Part shown: positions 27,083 through 44,194 of the stretch, piece by piece
Layout: the number at the start of each line of letters is the position of its first letter
Numbering within the stretch: position 1 is the stretch's first letter
Source: the human T2T-CHM13v2.0 reference genome, Homo sapiens
DNA: 64,000 nt
Strand: one strand, 5' to 3'
Assembly: GCF_009914755.1 (NCBI RefSeq)
Contig: NC_060927.1
Position numbers and translations under genes: made by a program
The notes under the pieces: model-generated
The model's input: only the letters and a program-made list of their open reading frames with translations
Databases searched by the model: none
What the model was told of the DNA's origin: nothing

Positions 27083-27236
27083 TTGTCAGTCCTCTTAGAC
27101 TTGCCAGGGCCCTGGGACCGGAGCAGAGCCAGATTCGGAGAAAAGACCTTCCAGTCAGAGTAGTAGCCTCCCGGCTGCCGGATGGGGCACACTTTGTCCA
27201 TCTGGAAAATGATCTTGTCTCCTGGGTACAGCAAGG
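27083..27236 (-). CDS. EFCAB12: EFCAB12 exon 7 (non-canonical donor, see findings)
   Basis: cag|CC TTG CTG TAC encodes [52 protein letters not shown]; phase requires the exon to end at GAC AA. Confidence 0.85.
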
Positions 27237-27656
27237 CTGTGGACAGCAAGAGAAACATCTGCACCCATCAACCCAGACTGCCCATCCCTCCCTAAGCCTC
27301 TGGGGTCAGAGGAGGTGTTTTTTTTTTTTTTAATTCACATTTTTAAGACGTTTTCTTCTTATCTATATAGTAACTTTTTATTGTTGAATAGTTGTAGATT
27401 CACTGGAAGTTGCAAAAATACTGCAGAGGGGTCCCTTGAACCACTGTCCCAGTGGTGACATGCATATAGCTGTAGTGTGATGCCAGGAAAGGGGCCTTGG
27501 GACAATATGGCTCAGGGGACTACAGATGAGGGGGGTTTGTTCATAACAAGGACAACAAAGCCCCCAAGGCCCCGGTGCAACGAGGTCTGAGCTGTCCCAG
27601 GAGGCAGGAGGATTTGACCAAGACTTGATGAGGTTAACTTAGACCAATTTTCGGTT

Positions 27657-27947
27657 TTGTTTTGTTTTTCTGAGCAAGGTCTCACACTGTCGCCCAGGCT
27701 AAAGTACAGATCATGGCTCACTGCAGCCTCAACTTCCTGGGCTTAAGCGACCCTCCTACCTTAGCCTCCTAAGTAGCTAGGGCCACAGGCATGCACCACC
27801 ATGCCTGGCTGATTTCTTAAATTTTTAGTAGAGATGGGTTCTTGTTATGTTACCCAGGCTGGTCTGGAACTCCTGGGCTCAAGCCATCCTACCTACCCCG
27901 GCCTCCCAAACTGCTGGGATTACAGGCATGAGCCACTGCGCCCGGCC
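27657..27947 (-). mobile_element. Alu (AluJ-like)
   Basis: Alu consensus in reverse orientation. Confidence 0.85.
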
Positions 27948-28757
27948 CACTTGGATTTGTTTGGTGGCAGTTTTCTCCTTGTCTTGAATTAATCTCATGG
28001 AGATCCTTGGGAGAGTTTTCTCAGATGTGCTGAATATAAAAAAAATACTGAGCCAGGGTCTCCACCTTCTGCAACTATCAAGCAGTGCTTGTCTTAAGCT
28101 GGTAACACATGAAAGCTCATGTTCTAGAAAAAGTGATGGAAGTTACGCTCCAGCGAGTTAATGTTGGTTATTTGGGGGTTGGGAAGGGGCTGTGGAGGTG
28201 AGAAGGAAGGAGAGGGAAGGGGGAGATATGTAACATTAATATTTTCAAAAGGTACACATGATTTTTTAAAGTGTGATTTAACAATGAGTTATATAAATAA
28301 TTTTCTGTAAATGGAAAAGGAAAAGAGATTTGTGAAAGGATGGTCACTAAAATATTCACAACAGCCAATCAGGCTGGGGAATTTTGATTTTTATGTTTTC
28401 AAAAAATTCAAATGAGCAAGTATTATCGCCAAAACCAGGGTGGAAAGCCAATAAAGCTATATTCACAGGGGAGGGGGAGACCTTGTTTAGAATTCTGGCT
28501 CCTGAGCTTGAAGCCTGGAGTCTGAGCCACCAAGGTCTAGTCTAGAACACAGAGCTGGAAGTCCTGATATTTGAGCCTCTCTGCTTATAGGAGATCAGGC
28601 CTCTGTCATAAAGATACCGAATAGCAAGTGGCCAAGACAGTGGTCAGAGATGGATTTGGGCCTAGTCCCACCCACAGGATGCTCCTGTGTGCCCATGAAC
28701 GTGAGATCCTGCAGACAGGTGAAGCTCACTCATGTAGGAACCCAGCAGCTAGCAGAA

Positions 28758-28895
28758 GCCAGGGGTGGATGCAGTGGCTCACGCCTGTAATCCCAGTACT
28801 TTGGGAAGCTGAAGTGGGACGATCGCTTGAGCCCAGGAGTTCGAGATCAGCCTGGGCAACAAAGCAAGACCCCATCTCTTAAAAAAAAAAAAAAA
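28758..28895 (+). mobile_element. Alu monomer (FLAM-like)
   Basis: Single arm with poly-A. Confidence 0.8.
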
Positions 28896-29233
28896 GTGGC
28901 TCGATATTCTGGTGGGGACAGACAAAGAAGCACAGAGGGGAAGACCTAACCCAGAGGAGCAGTCCAGGGCACATGGCAAGCTGGCTGCATTTGAGAAGAC
29001 AGAGCTGCAGCTCCACCACTGCGTAAGACCATGGTGTAAATAATCCGGAAAGGTGAGGTTCCCCAAGGAAGGAAGAAGGAGGGATGTTTTGGTGAAAAGT
29101 CAGCATCCAGAGCTATAGGATCTCCTTCTGTCTCTGCCCTCCCAACCCAGGTAGCACATGTGGGAGACAATGACCACTGAAGTTGCTTGCCTGTGTTCCT
29201 GACAGCCTCTGACCACATTACCCTGTATACACT

Positions 29234-30180
29234 TGTGATGGGCCAAATTGTGTCTCCCCGAAATTCTTATGTTGTAATTCTAATCCTTAGTACCTTAGAA
29301 TGTGATGTGTGTGTGCACGTGTGTGTGTATGAGAGAGAGACAGAGAGCGAGAGAGAAAGGGTCTTGCTCTGTCACCTAGGCTGGAGTGCAGTGGTGCAAT
29401 CTCGGCTAGCTGCAACTTCGACCTCCCAGGCTCAAGTGATCCTCCTACCTCAGCCTCCTGAGTAGCTGAGATTACAGGCACATGCCACTATGCCTGATGA
29501 ATGTTTGTATTTTTTGTAGAGATGGGGTTTTGCCATGTTGCCCAGGCTGTTCTCGAACTCCTGGGTTCAAGCAATCCACCCACCTCGGCCTCCCAAAGTG
29601 CTGGGATTATAGGCATGAGCCACTTCACGCTGCTAGAATGTGACCGTTGGAGGGGGGAGATAAAAAAGGTTGTGACTTCATTTGGAGATTTTGGTGGGTT
29701 TTTTTTTTTTTGACAGGGTCTCGCTCTGTCACTCAGGCTGGAGTACAGTGGTATGATCATAGCTCACCACAGCCTTGAACTCCTGGGATCAAGCTATCCT
29801 CCTGCCTTGGCCTCCCAAAGTACTGGGATTACTGGGGTGAACCACTGTGCCCAGCCTGGAGATAAAGTCTTGAAGGAGATGATCAAGCTAAAACGAGGTT
29901 GTCCATGGGTGGGTGCTAATCCAATTTGACTGGTGTCCTTATAAGAGAAAATGTGGACACACAAGAGAGACAACAGGTGTGCATGTGCAGAGAAAAAACT
30001 GTGTGGAGGCAGCAAGGAGGCAGCCATCTGCCAGCCAAGGAGAGAGGCCTTGGAAACCAGCCCTGCTGGCATCTTGATCTGGGACCTCCAGCCTCCAGAA
30101 CGGTGAAAAATAAATTCTTGTTGTGGAAGCCGCGCAGTCCACAGACTGGTATTTTGTTATAGGAGCCCTAGCAAACTAAT
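29234..30180 (+). mobile_element. MLT1-family MaLR LTR interrupted by Alus (about 29345-29630 and 29700-29858)
   Basis: tgtgatgggccaaattgtgtctcccc...ctagcaaactaat resembles MLT1 termini; Alus are internal. Confidence 0.7.
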
Positions 30181-30462
30181 CTAAGAAGACCCAGGGCCCT
30201 ATAAATTTAGCGCTTGTTTCCCTCCCTCTTGGGAAAAAGATGGTAATAATCAATTGTGACTGTAAAGTCTAGTTCTCACGTAAGTCACACCACTGCCTGT
30301 GTGACGTGTTCCTTTCTCAGAAAGCTACATTTCCCAGTATGGCCAAAGTTCCTTCCTAGGCAGAGGTTCCTAGGAGAAAACCTCTGCCCCCAAGTGCAGC
30401 TTGCTCCTTCATGTTTTTAAAGCACAGAGAAGATCCTGCCCATTAAATTTATACATTCACCA

Positions 30463-30756
30463 GGCCGGGTGCGGTGGCTCATGCCTGTCATCCCAGCACT
30501 TTGGGAGGCCAAGGCAGGTGGATCACCTGAGGTCAGGAGTTCAAGACCGGCCTGGCCAACATGGTGAAACCCCATCTCTACTAAAAATACAAAAATTAGC
30601 TGTGCATGGTGGTGCGCACCTTTAGTCCCAGCTACTCAGGAGGCCAAGGCAGGAGAATTGCTTGAACCTGGGAGGCGGAGCTTGCAGTGAGCCGCAATCG
30701 CACTACTACACTCTAGCCTGGGCGACAGAGTGAGACTCCATTTCAAAACAAAACAA
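30463..30756 (+). mobile_element. Alu (AluS-like)
   Basis: Full Alu with TSD aaatttatacattcac. Confidence 0.92.
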
Positions 30757-31475
30757 ATTTATACATTCACCAATTCACAAGTTTGGAATGCAGGCATTGC
30801 TAAATTGTCATCTCGGGGCTGGGCCCTTCTCCGCTCCCACATATTAGAAGTGCTCACCCCCCAGAGACACAGTGGGCTCAGACCAGCTTGGATGTATGAA
30901 AACGTGTTTTCCACCCAAGCAGAGGGAAGAAGCAGTGTGGAAATCTCAGGGCTGAGTCTGAGTGCTCTCTGCTCAAAGGGCTTTAGCAGGTCCTGTCTCC
31001 ACGTGCTTTCATACCCCATTGCTTGTTGCAGAAGAACCAGGCAACAGCCTGGCCTAGAGAAAGGCTTTGTTTTGATAGCAGTTATCATTTCTATCAAATA
31101 TCCCTCTTCAATATTGCAACTCTTCCTTTATGTTCAACCTCAGGGCTTTCTCACTTGGAACTCCTGTCCTTGGAGCTTTCTACTCTAGAATGAGCTTTTG
31201 GTTCACCAAGCTCAGGGTTCCAGAATCCAGACCCCCAAATCTCAGTTGTGGAACCCAGACCTCCGGGTCTTGTGTTCTAGAAATCCCATCTAGCAGCAAA
31301 ACAGACTGGGCTCCTCCTCTTCTCCTCCACGCCCCCACTCCGCCTTATTCCCAATGTCCCCACCAGAGATTACAGTGGCTTGAATGGCTGCATGGGTGCC
31401 CTGGGTGGCATCACCCTCACCCCAGCTCTGGGGTTCCCTTGGCATCTTCCTAGGGCCAGCTACCGAGGCCCTTAC

Positions 31476-31689
31476 CTTTCATGAGGATGTCCTCTGTCAG
31501 CGGGAGGCCATAGGACTTACAGAGCTTCCAGCATTGCAGGTAGACCAGAAAGTTGTGCCTGCGGGCCGAGTCAATGAGCTCCCTCATATCCCCGTGGATG
31601 GTGGACGGGAGGCAGTGCTCATCAAAGTGCCGATTCCCACAGCGCACCAGGTGACATTGCTCCGTGTACTGGATGGAGGGGATCGTGAG
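31476..31689 (-). CDS. EFCAB12: EFCAB12 exon 6
   Basis: cag|CTCACGATC...ATGAAAG|gtaag encodes [18 protein letters not shown]...TEDILMK; 214 nt. Confidence 0.9.
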
Positions 31690-31892
31690 CTGCGAAGGAA
31701 GCAGAAAGGGGCTCGCCCTTCTCTCGCCTGTGTCCCTCCTCCTGGCCAGAAGAAGGAAGATGCAGTGCCTCATCGACCTCTCCCCTGCGAGGTCCCCATG
31801 AGGGGTGATGGCAACCAACGTCCAGTGGGGCTGCAGTTCCGGTTCTGAAGTCAGTGAAGACTTCAGGTTCAGAAGCTCAGGTTCTGAAGTCA

Positions 31893-33447
<1,555 letters not shown>

Positions 33448-33987
33448 TATATTATATATGAATATTTATATGTAGTATTGTATTGATGTTGTCTGCCTCC
33501 CTTACCAGACTGTCAGCTTCCTAGGGGCAGGGACTGTTATGCTTACTATAACACCCGGAAGAGTGCCTGGCACATGGTAGGCTCTCAATAAATGTTTACT
33601 GGACAAGCTAATTCATGCAATCAATCCTTCCTTCACTTGCCATGTATTTCTGGAGAGTCTACCCAGTGTCAGGCCCTGTGCCAGGTGCCTGGATTCCAGC
33701 TGTGATGAAAATGCAGGCCTGGTCTAAGGATGAAAAGTCATAATTAAAGAATAGGGAGAGGGGGACGTGATAGTTTCAGAAACAGGATCTTACTACATTT
33801 TACAAAAACCTCAGGAGGCAGGTATTGTTCTTATTTTACAGATGAGGGACGTGAAGAAGGGGTGGTTGTAGAGGCGAAGACCCCCCTCCCCAGGGTTCTG
33901 CAGCCAGCGGGTGGTGCTGCTGCGGTGATCTGAACCCCAGCTGCTCCAGTCCCCAAGCCGCATGCTCTCCTTGGGCTGGCGAGGTAC

Positions 33988-34184
33988 CTTGTGCTGTCGC
34001 TGCCACTCGCGGTACCGCTTGCCCACTTCCTCCATCTCCTCCAGGGTCATGGGCCGCGTCTCCATCTGCGTGTCGACTGCAGGCACCGTCAGTAGGTCCA
34101 CTTTGGGAAGCTGTGGGGCTGAATCCACCTCCTGCTTCTTGAGCGGACCCTTCAGGGAATCTCTGTGCTTGGCCAAGATATAAT
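33988..34184 (-). CDS. EFCAB12: EFCAB12 exon 5
   Basis: cag|AT TAT ATC...CAC AAG|gtacct encodes [16 protein letters not shown]...REWQRQHK; 197 nt. Confidence 0.88.
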
Positions 34185-34483
34185 CTGGAGTCAGAGGGAA
34201 GAGATGAAGGAAGGAGGGACTAAGAGGGTGCCCAGCCACGGAACCTGCCAAGCAGTTATCCAGTGTCACCCAGCAGGCACCAGGCCACCCCTCCGCTCCC
34301 TTCCCACACGTCTGGGCAGTGCCCACCTAAGCCACCTAAGCTGTACCTTAGATGTGGCCCTCCTCTCCATCTCCACTAATGGCGTCCCTTACTGCACCAA
34401 CCCCAGCCCTCTGGTTGCCATTCTCGTCCTGTCACCCTGTCTCACCAAGCAGCAAATAGGATCTTTAAAAAATATAGAGTATA

Positions 34484-35222
<739 letters not shown>

Positions 35223-35265
35223 TTGCATGAGTCTCCTTATGTTGGATATGTGTAGATGGATGGAC

Positions 35266-35266
<1 letters not shown>

Positions 35267-35304
<38 letters not shown>

Positions 35305-35322
35305 CAGACTGACCGACCGACC
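35267..35322. repeat. (GATA)n microsatellite grading into GACA/GACC
   Basis: Read directly from the sequence. Confidence 0.9.
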
Positions 35323-36039
35323 AGATCGCCTCATTCCCTTGGCTTCCCACAGCATTTAGACCAAAACCCAGAGTCCTCTCCCTGGGCTACAAGGCCCTGC
35401 TGTACCATCTGGCCTCAGCTGCCTTCCCACCTGGTCCATGGCATACCATTCACCCTTCACCCATTCCACCCAGCCACCCTGACCACCTTCTGTCTCTTGC
35501 AAGCTATCCTACCCCAGGGCCTTTGCCTTCACAGTTCTATCTGCCTAGATTGTGCTTCCCCCAAGACTAGTTCCTGTCAATCACTCAGATGTCAGCTCCA
35601 ATGTCTGCTTCTCAGAGAGGCCGTCCCTGACCACCAGCCCTTTAGGTGCAAGCTCATCGAAAGCTGGGGCTTTGGCTGGCCCACTGCTGTGTTCCCAGTT
35701 TCTAGAAGTGGCACATAGTAGTTGCTCAACAAAGATTCCAATGAATGAAAGAATCCCATTGTCCTTGCCCTGGTTCAGACCTTCATCGTCTCAAGCTGAA
35801 ATAATATCCTGACCTTACCACCTTCTATTGAGGCTGTGAACAAGTGGCTCAGCCTCTCTGAGCTCCAGCTTCCTCCTCGTAAAGCAGGAATAGCAATCCT
35901 GACCTCTGCGGACATAAAGGATAAACTGAGATCATTCTGCAAGAATGAAGAAGAGCTACTGCAAGAAGAACTACTGGAAGAAGGCACCCCTGCCAAGACG
36001 CTCAAACTCTTGCCTCTTTAGACAAAGTGAGAGACACCC

Positions 36040-36605
36040 GGACAGAGCAGGAGCACCGTCATCTGGGACAAACACCGCCACTTTAAGTTCCAGCTCCCTT
36101 TCTAGCCTCATGCATTTCAAGGAAATCACTTCTCTTCTAACTATAAGCAGCCAGAAAGAGCAGACAGTAAAACACAGACAAGACAGCTCAGGCACAGAGG
36201 GAGGTCGGGGGAAAGTCTCTTGGGTGACTGCCAAACTTCACCCTCATACAATGGGCCCCAGTAAAACTGTGGGCCTTAATAAGCACATTCCTTTCCCTTC
36301 AGGTGCACTAAGATAGGGAAGCTAAAAGCAGACTTGGGGGATATGCCTGCAGCTGCAGAAAGATGTATGGAAACAGACACGCAACTCTGCCTCCCAGATA
36401 AACACAACAAAGAGACAGAGAAGCAGTCCAAGCCTCTGATAAACTCTTCCACTGTGAATCCTTAAAAACTCTTAGTCTGTAAGAGAATGTGGCTCTGACC
36501 TAACTCAGCCAGCAGCCCCTCTCAGGTTTGTTTTCTCTAAAATAAACCTGTCTTTGACTATTGAGCCACCTTTCCTGTTTCTTTCCTCTTTCTTTAATTC
36601 TTACA
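36040..36605 (+). mobile_element. MER41-family (MER41C-like) ERV1 solo LTR
   Basis: gacagagcaggagcaccgtcatc...AATAAA...ttcttaCA, flanked by caccc on both sides; subfamily from recall. Confidence 0.7.
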
Positions 36606-38070
36606 CACCCCAGTCTACCTATCTTACCCACTATTGCTCACCAGGGAAAAAGAACTCAGTGATGACGCCAAAGTAGCACCATGAGAGCAAAGGTCTGCTG
36701 CTTGGCTTTGTGTTTACTTACTGGGAAATAACAGGACCCAAAATATCTCTGCTGCGAATATGCATCACAGCACACTGTGGTCATTGAAATGACTCACAGC
36801 CAGCTACACAGATAATGATAAGCTTGGTAATTTATAACAAAAAGGCACAAAGAGTATCAGAGGGAAAGCAGCCCAACTTGAGGTGACCTTAAAAATGTGC
36901 TGGACATAAAGGAGATTACTACTGTTGGGGTGGTGACACATGCAGGAGCGACTGTTGGGGTGCTGAGCTTCCCTGAGCTCTGAGAGAGGCAGAGACCCTG
37001 CTTGGGAGGTGATAGTTTCTCTGCAGGGCAGCTGGTTGAGACTGGACATTGAAAATCTCCTGGAGGACTGAGGAATGGATGCTCTGAGCTGCCTGCTGTC
37101 CCCAAATGAGCCACTCCAGTGAGGATGCTGAGTAACTCCTCTTGGTGTGACTGTAAACTCCAACGGCCTCACCCCAGATCTTTACCATTGTTAGGAAACC
37201 CCTCCACTGCCTCCTCCAGGGCTCCTGTGTGACTCAGGGAGGACAAGGAAGCCCCAAACATGCATGAGATTAAGTTCCTGCCAACCTGGTAGATGGGAAC
37301 AGAGCAAGATTTGTTTCATTTAGAAAAACAAAGCTGTGGCTATGTTTGGGAAGGGTGCTAGAATGGGTGGGTGGTTGTAATGGTTCTTTTTTGTTTGTTT
37401 GTTTACTACAAGAATGGTACTAAGATATAAAGAAATATTATACAATGCACCTTTGTGTTGTAGAGTAAATTCACAGCCAGAGCTTTAGCAAGTCCATTTC
37501 TAATTTGCCTCTGTGCCTTGTCTGGACAGATGTGGCCCCACAAATGTATTGCTTGGCAGATGGAACTTGAGCCATGTACAACCTTTACAACTGTTGACAG
37601 CAACCCTGCCATAATACCCCTGATAGCAGAATACCAAAATACACTTTCCAGTAAACTGTAAACATGTGCTAATTCTGGTTCTGAACAAGAATTTTATCAA
37701 TAAGCTATGGATTAATAGTGAGGAGGCCTTGGACCCACACACACATAAATGTCTCTGGAAAGGCTTGCCATTTGGGTCAGTTCTCAGCCTCTCAGGTGGG
37801 CTCTGGTGGGCTGAGTATCCTCCTCTAAGAACAAGGGCTGGGACTCATTTGTCTTTGAATGGACACAGTGGTAGCTGGGCACTCAAGGGAATATCTACTC
37901 CTTAGTTAATCTCTGGGCCTGAAAATTTCCAGAGGCTTGGCCAAACCACAGTCGGCCAAAACTGGGGAACACACTGAGGAAGTGAGTTTGGAGGAGAGGC
38001 CAAGGCTGCCTGCACCATGCTTGCTCCCAGGACGGGGAGGTGGAGGCACAGGATGGGGAGGGGTACGCAC

Positions 38071-38227
38071 GCTCCCTTGCAGTGGCCAGGCTGCTCCTTT
38101 GCTGAGCCATAGACCACTGCTTGTAGGTATTGGCCAGGATATCCATGGTGATGGTGTTGTGCTTCCCAAGAGAGCTGAGGTAGATCACTATATCCTCCAC
38201 CTCTTGGTTCTTCAGAGGGACTCCGAC
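38071..38227 (-). CDS. EFCAB12: EFCAB12 exon 4
   Basis: cag|GTC GGA GTC CCT...GAG C|gtgcgt encodes [22 protein letters not shown]...ATARE; 157 nt. Confidence 0.88.
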
Positions 38228-38963
38228 CTGAGGAGAGAGAAGACCTTCAGACTAGCAGGCTCCCATCCAAACATCCTGCTCTGATGGCCAAGGCCTTACC
38301 AGCCTCCTCAGACCCCCATCCTGCTTCCAGTTTCATCCTCAACCACTCCCTACTATACCCAAGGTCCCTGCTGCAGCTCAGAGCCCTTTCCCGGTCCTTG
38401 AATGAACTCTGCACTTTGTTACCTTTGCCTTTGCTCAGGCAGTTCCCCTTCTCTGCCTGAAAAACTCCTATCCCTCCTTCAAAGTCCAGTCCAGATGTCA
38501 CCATCTTTATAGAGTGGGTTTCTTCTTCCTCTAGGGTCCCACCCCACTTCCTACCAGTCTCAATGGCAGCATCTACCATGCTAGATACGAAGCATGATTT
38601 CACATGTGGATCATCCCTATACACAAGTAACACATAAATCTCCCTTAATTCCTGGAAAATGGGATCAAGAATACTATACTCCTCATTCTTTTAAGGACGA
38701 TGAGCAACTCTGGAGGTGTATAATGCTTGCCAGCAACATTGGATATTCAAGAAGAAAAGTTTTAAAGGAAATATGATTTTGTTCTTCAGTTTCTTTAGAC
38801 AATAGTCATTGTTCACTGAACTTTACTCAAACTCCTGGCCTCAAGTGATCCGCCTGGTTCGGCCTCCCAAAGTGCCGGGTAAACAGACATGAGCCACTGT
38901 GCCTAGCCTTGATCAGAACTAACTTGATCAGAGCTAAGTAAGATCAGAACTCTCCTGGTGCTG

Positions 38964-40740
<1,777 letters not shown>

Positions 40741-41081
40741 ACCAGCTTTCTCTGATCTTAGTTTTGGGGTCTGCTGTGCAAGACAGGGATTCTCCAAGGT
40801 AGCTGGCTGGTTATGAGGTGGACTCCACAGACTTTCCACTCAGGTGGGGGTTTTCAAGGTCAGACTGGTGCGGGGCAGATATTGAGGATCTGATTTGGCC
40901 ACAAGTTAATCCATATTTTCTAGCCTTAATAAGTAATAAGGCTGACAGTTTGCACTCCTTGTGTCTACTTCTCAGTTGAACCAGAACCCAGCATGGCGGG
41001 GGAGGGGCGAGGGTGGCAAAGAGGGAGTACATGTACATCCTGCCCACTTAGGCCCATCCAGAGAAAGCAGGTGGCACTTAC

Positions 41082-41276
41082 TGCCTTTACAGCCGCGATG
41101 AACTCCTCCCTGGTGATTCTCTGGTTCTCACCCTGGCCCACCTTGTGAAATATCTCCAGGATCTTGATCTTGCGGCTATGCAGGTAGGAGTACATGACCG
41201 ACAGGGCAGGGGGCTCGGGCAGCTGGAGCTGGGGCACCATCTGGCGGGACAGCCGGGAGAGCCTGGGGGCTTTCTT
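41082..41276 (-). CDS. EFCAB12: EFCAB12 exon 3 (EF-hand-like region)
   Basis: cag|AAG AAA GCC...AAG GCA|gtaag encodes [16 protein letters not shown]...[27 protein letters not shown]; 195 nt; NAGNAG acceptor. Confidence 0.9.
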
Positions 41277-41946
41277 CTGGAAGAGGTGAGAGGGTAGGGC
41301 AGAGGAGAGAGTTCAAAGGAGACAGGCCAGGCGGATGCAGTCCCCAGAGTTAGGGACTAAGGAGAGGACGAGCAGCTCTAAATAGCAGGATAGAGTACAA
41401 AGGGCACTGGGTTCAGGGCAACTGTGTTTGGCCACAAAATGCCTGGGAGACTTTGCTTCTCTGAGCCTTGGTTTTCTCATCTGAAAAACACAAGGCTTGG
41501 GCAATATAGGAACTAAAATTTCATTCTTATCCACATCTCTCCTGTCAAACCAGTCAGTATGCGTAATCCCACTGGTCTGGTCTCTCAGTGCACCAAAACC
41601 TATACCCTTCCCTGGAGCCAGGTGGAGACTCCCCATCCCCGCCCCCAGCCTTTGCATCTGCTATAGGCCTCCTGCCTGGAAGACTTTTCTCTCTTTCTCT
41701 ATCTGTCCAAATCCTCCTTCTCCAATTCCAAGTGAAAGGGCATATTTTGTAATGGATGATAATCTTCTACCTTGGTGCAGCACTGGGCAGTTTACAAAGG
41801 GCCTTCCCATTCCCTAGGGTATTGTTCCTCTGTGCTCCTCCCGGGGTGCTTATTATAATAGAGACCCACCTCTATTAATGGCCTGTAGCAAACTGTAGAG
41901 CCATTAATCCTATGTGTCTGCCTCTCCCACTAACATGTGAACACCT

Positions 41947-42652
41947 TGTGCTATGGCTTAATGTTTGTCCCCTCCAAAATACATGTTTAAACTGAACATG
42001 ACTTTTGTTAAGCCACTTGGCACATGTGACTATTGAGCACTCAAAATGTGGCTGGTGTGATTGAAGGACTCCATTTTTAAATTTATAATTAATTTACATT
42101 ATTAAATAGCTAGCAAAAGTAAAAGTGTGGTCCCGTGGACCACTACCACAGGCATCACCAGGAGTTCGTTGGAAATGCAGCATCTTTTGATGATCCACAG
42201 ATGGGCTGGGTCAGAAGCAACTTAATACTGTTATCAACATAATGGTATTAACAGGTGGGGCCTTTAAGAGGTGATTGGGTCATGAGGTGTCTACTCTTAT
42301 GAATCCATTAATTCATTTATGGATTAATGGATTAATGGGCTAAGGATTAATTGGTTATCATGGAAGAGGGCTCGTTATCATGAATGGGATCAGCTAGAAA
42401 AGCCAGTTTGGCTCCCTCTCGTGCACCCCCTCACCCTGAGATGCCTTCCACTGTGTTAGGATGCAGCACGAGGCCCTCCCTAGAGGCCAACCAGTCAAGC
42501 CTTCAGATGACTGTGGCCCAGGCCAACATCCTGACTGCAACCTCATGAGGACTTTCAGCCTCCAGGACTGTGAGCCAAAAAAAACTCTCTTTTCTTTATA
42601 AATTACCCAGCATCATGTCTTCTGTGACAGCAAGAGAGGCCAGGCTAAGACA
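41947..42652 (+). mobile_element. MaLR LTR (MST/MLT1A-like) carrying captured local sequence
   Basis: tgtgctatggcttaatgtttgtcccctccaaaa...tataaattacccag...ctaagaca. Confidence 0.7.
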
Positions 42653-43489
42653 CCCTGGAAGTAAGACCGTGTCTTATTTACAGTGTATCCCCATCTCCCA
42701 CCTTTATACTGAACAAAGCCCAGGCCGTAGGAAGACAGGCAGTAATTGTTTGCTGAAGGAATAAATGATCCTATGAATTAGGTATGAGGTACTACCTAAT
42801 TCACAATAAGGAATCAGGCTCAGAGATGTGAAAGGTTTTCCCAATGCCACACAGCAGGTAAGCAGTACAGCTGCATTTCTAACCCAAGTCTAGTTCTTAT
42901 TCTTAGACACTATGCTGCTGGCAGAAGAGGGTGTGTTAGACCCATGAAATTAGGATTTGGGCTATAATAACAGCAAGGACTGACCCTGAAGTTTCCGGGC
43001 CAACCAACCCAATGGACACTTGTGAGATTACAATAATAATACAGATGGAAATCATGTTTGAGTGCTCACTATGTGCCCAATAGCGTCCTAGGCACCTTAT
43101 ATAAATGAATGCATTTAGACATCATAGCGACCCCAGGAGGTAGGAACAATGGTTGTCTCCATTTTATAGATGAGAAAACTGAGACCCAAATGGTACAGCT
43201 AGGAAGTAGCAGAGCTATGTTTAAACCCAACTTATCTGTCTTCTTATCCCAAGGAAATGTCACAGAGAGAGAATGAGTTGGTAGTACCCTTATCACTTAC
43301 TATCGCTATATGTTTGGATAAATGTTGGCCTCACTGAGCTTCTATTTCCACATTTGTAAAAGGGGGATCCTCCTTTTCCTCCCAACCTCACAATCGTCAT
43401 CCTCACAATAGCTTGCTACATGGAACCCTCAGCAAACTTGTGTCAATGAACAAATGAATGAACAATGGGTATTTTAAATACCCCATAAG

Positions 43490-44058
43490 ATGGACTGCCA
43501 GGATGATCCCTTTTGGGGTGATTTTAAGGTATGTCCACAAACTCTTCTGCTTCCCTCCTTTCTAAGATGGAGTCTTCTTTCCTTCTTGAGCATGGGTAGT
43601 ACTCAGGGACTCACTTCTGACAAAGAGAATGTGGTGGAAGTGATAGTGTGGAACTTCTGAAACTGAGGCCTTCAGAAGCTAGGTCTGAAAGGGCAGCCTC
43701 TGTCTTGCTCTCTTTTTTGGACCCTTCACTCTGGGGGATGCCAGCAGACATACTGTGAGGACACTTAAGCAGCCCTATGGAGAGGTCCATGTGGGGAGGA
43801 ACTGAGGCCTCCTGCCAATAGCCACATGGGTGAGCCAGCTTGGAAGCAGATCCTTTTGCCCCAGTCAAGCCTTCAGATGACTGTGGCCCAGGCCAACATC
43901 CTGACTGCAACCTCATGAGAGACTCTGAGCCAGAGCGACCCAGCAAAGCTACTCCCTGATTTCTGACTCTAGAAACGGTGTGTGATCATAAATATTTGTT
44001 GCTTTCAGTCATTTGGGGGTGTTTGTTATGCAGCAATAGATAACTAGACAACTAATAC
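43490..44058 (+). mobile_element. MLT1-family (MLT1F-like) LTR
   Basis: gagaggtccatgtggggaggaactgaggcctcctgcc...ttatgcagcaatagataact. Confidence 0.7.
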
Positions 44059-44194
44059 ACCTCCCTCTCAAGACTTCTGTTTGCTCCTCTGTGAAATGGT
44101 GTGAACTATCCCTATCCAGCCTAACCCAAGGGAATAAAATAATGATGCATCCCTAAACCCTTGGTGTCTTCATCTGGCAAATGGGGCTGCTCAC

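Noticed and set aside
31835-31892. Short direct and inverted repeats of ggttctgaagtca in EFCAB12 intron 5
   Set aside because: A small local duplication with no evidence of function
34003-34005. EFCAB12 codon 340 TGG (Trp), possibly a CpG-transition variant of Arg
   Set aside because: I cannot recall the reference residue reliably; it needs a database comparison
35836-37188. Coding-looking ORFs in EFCAB12 intron 4 (imperfect 15-mer repeat near 35947; 122-aa ORF at 36804-37172) and a shared 12-mer ggacataaagga
   Set aside because: No recognisable homology, EFCAB12 exon phases already close without an extra exon, and a 12-mer match is compatible with chance
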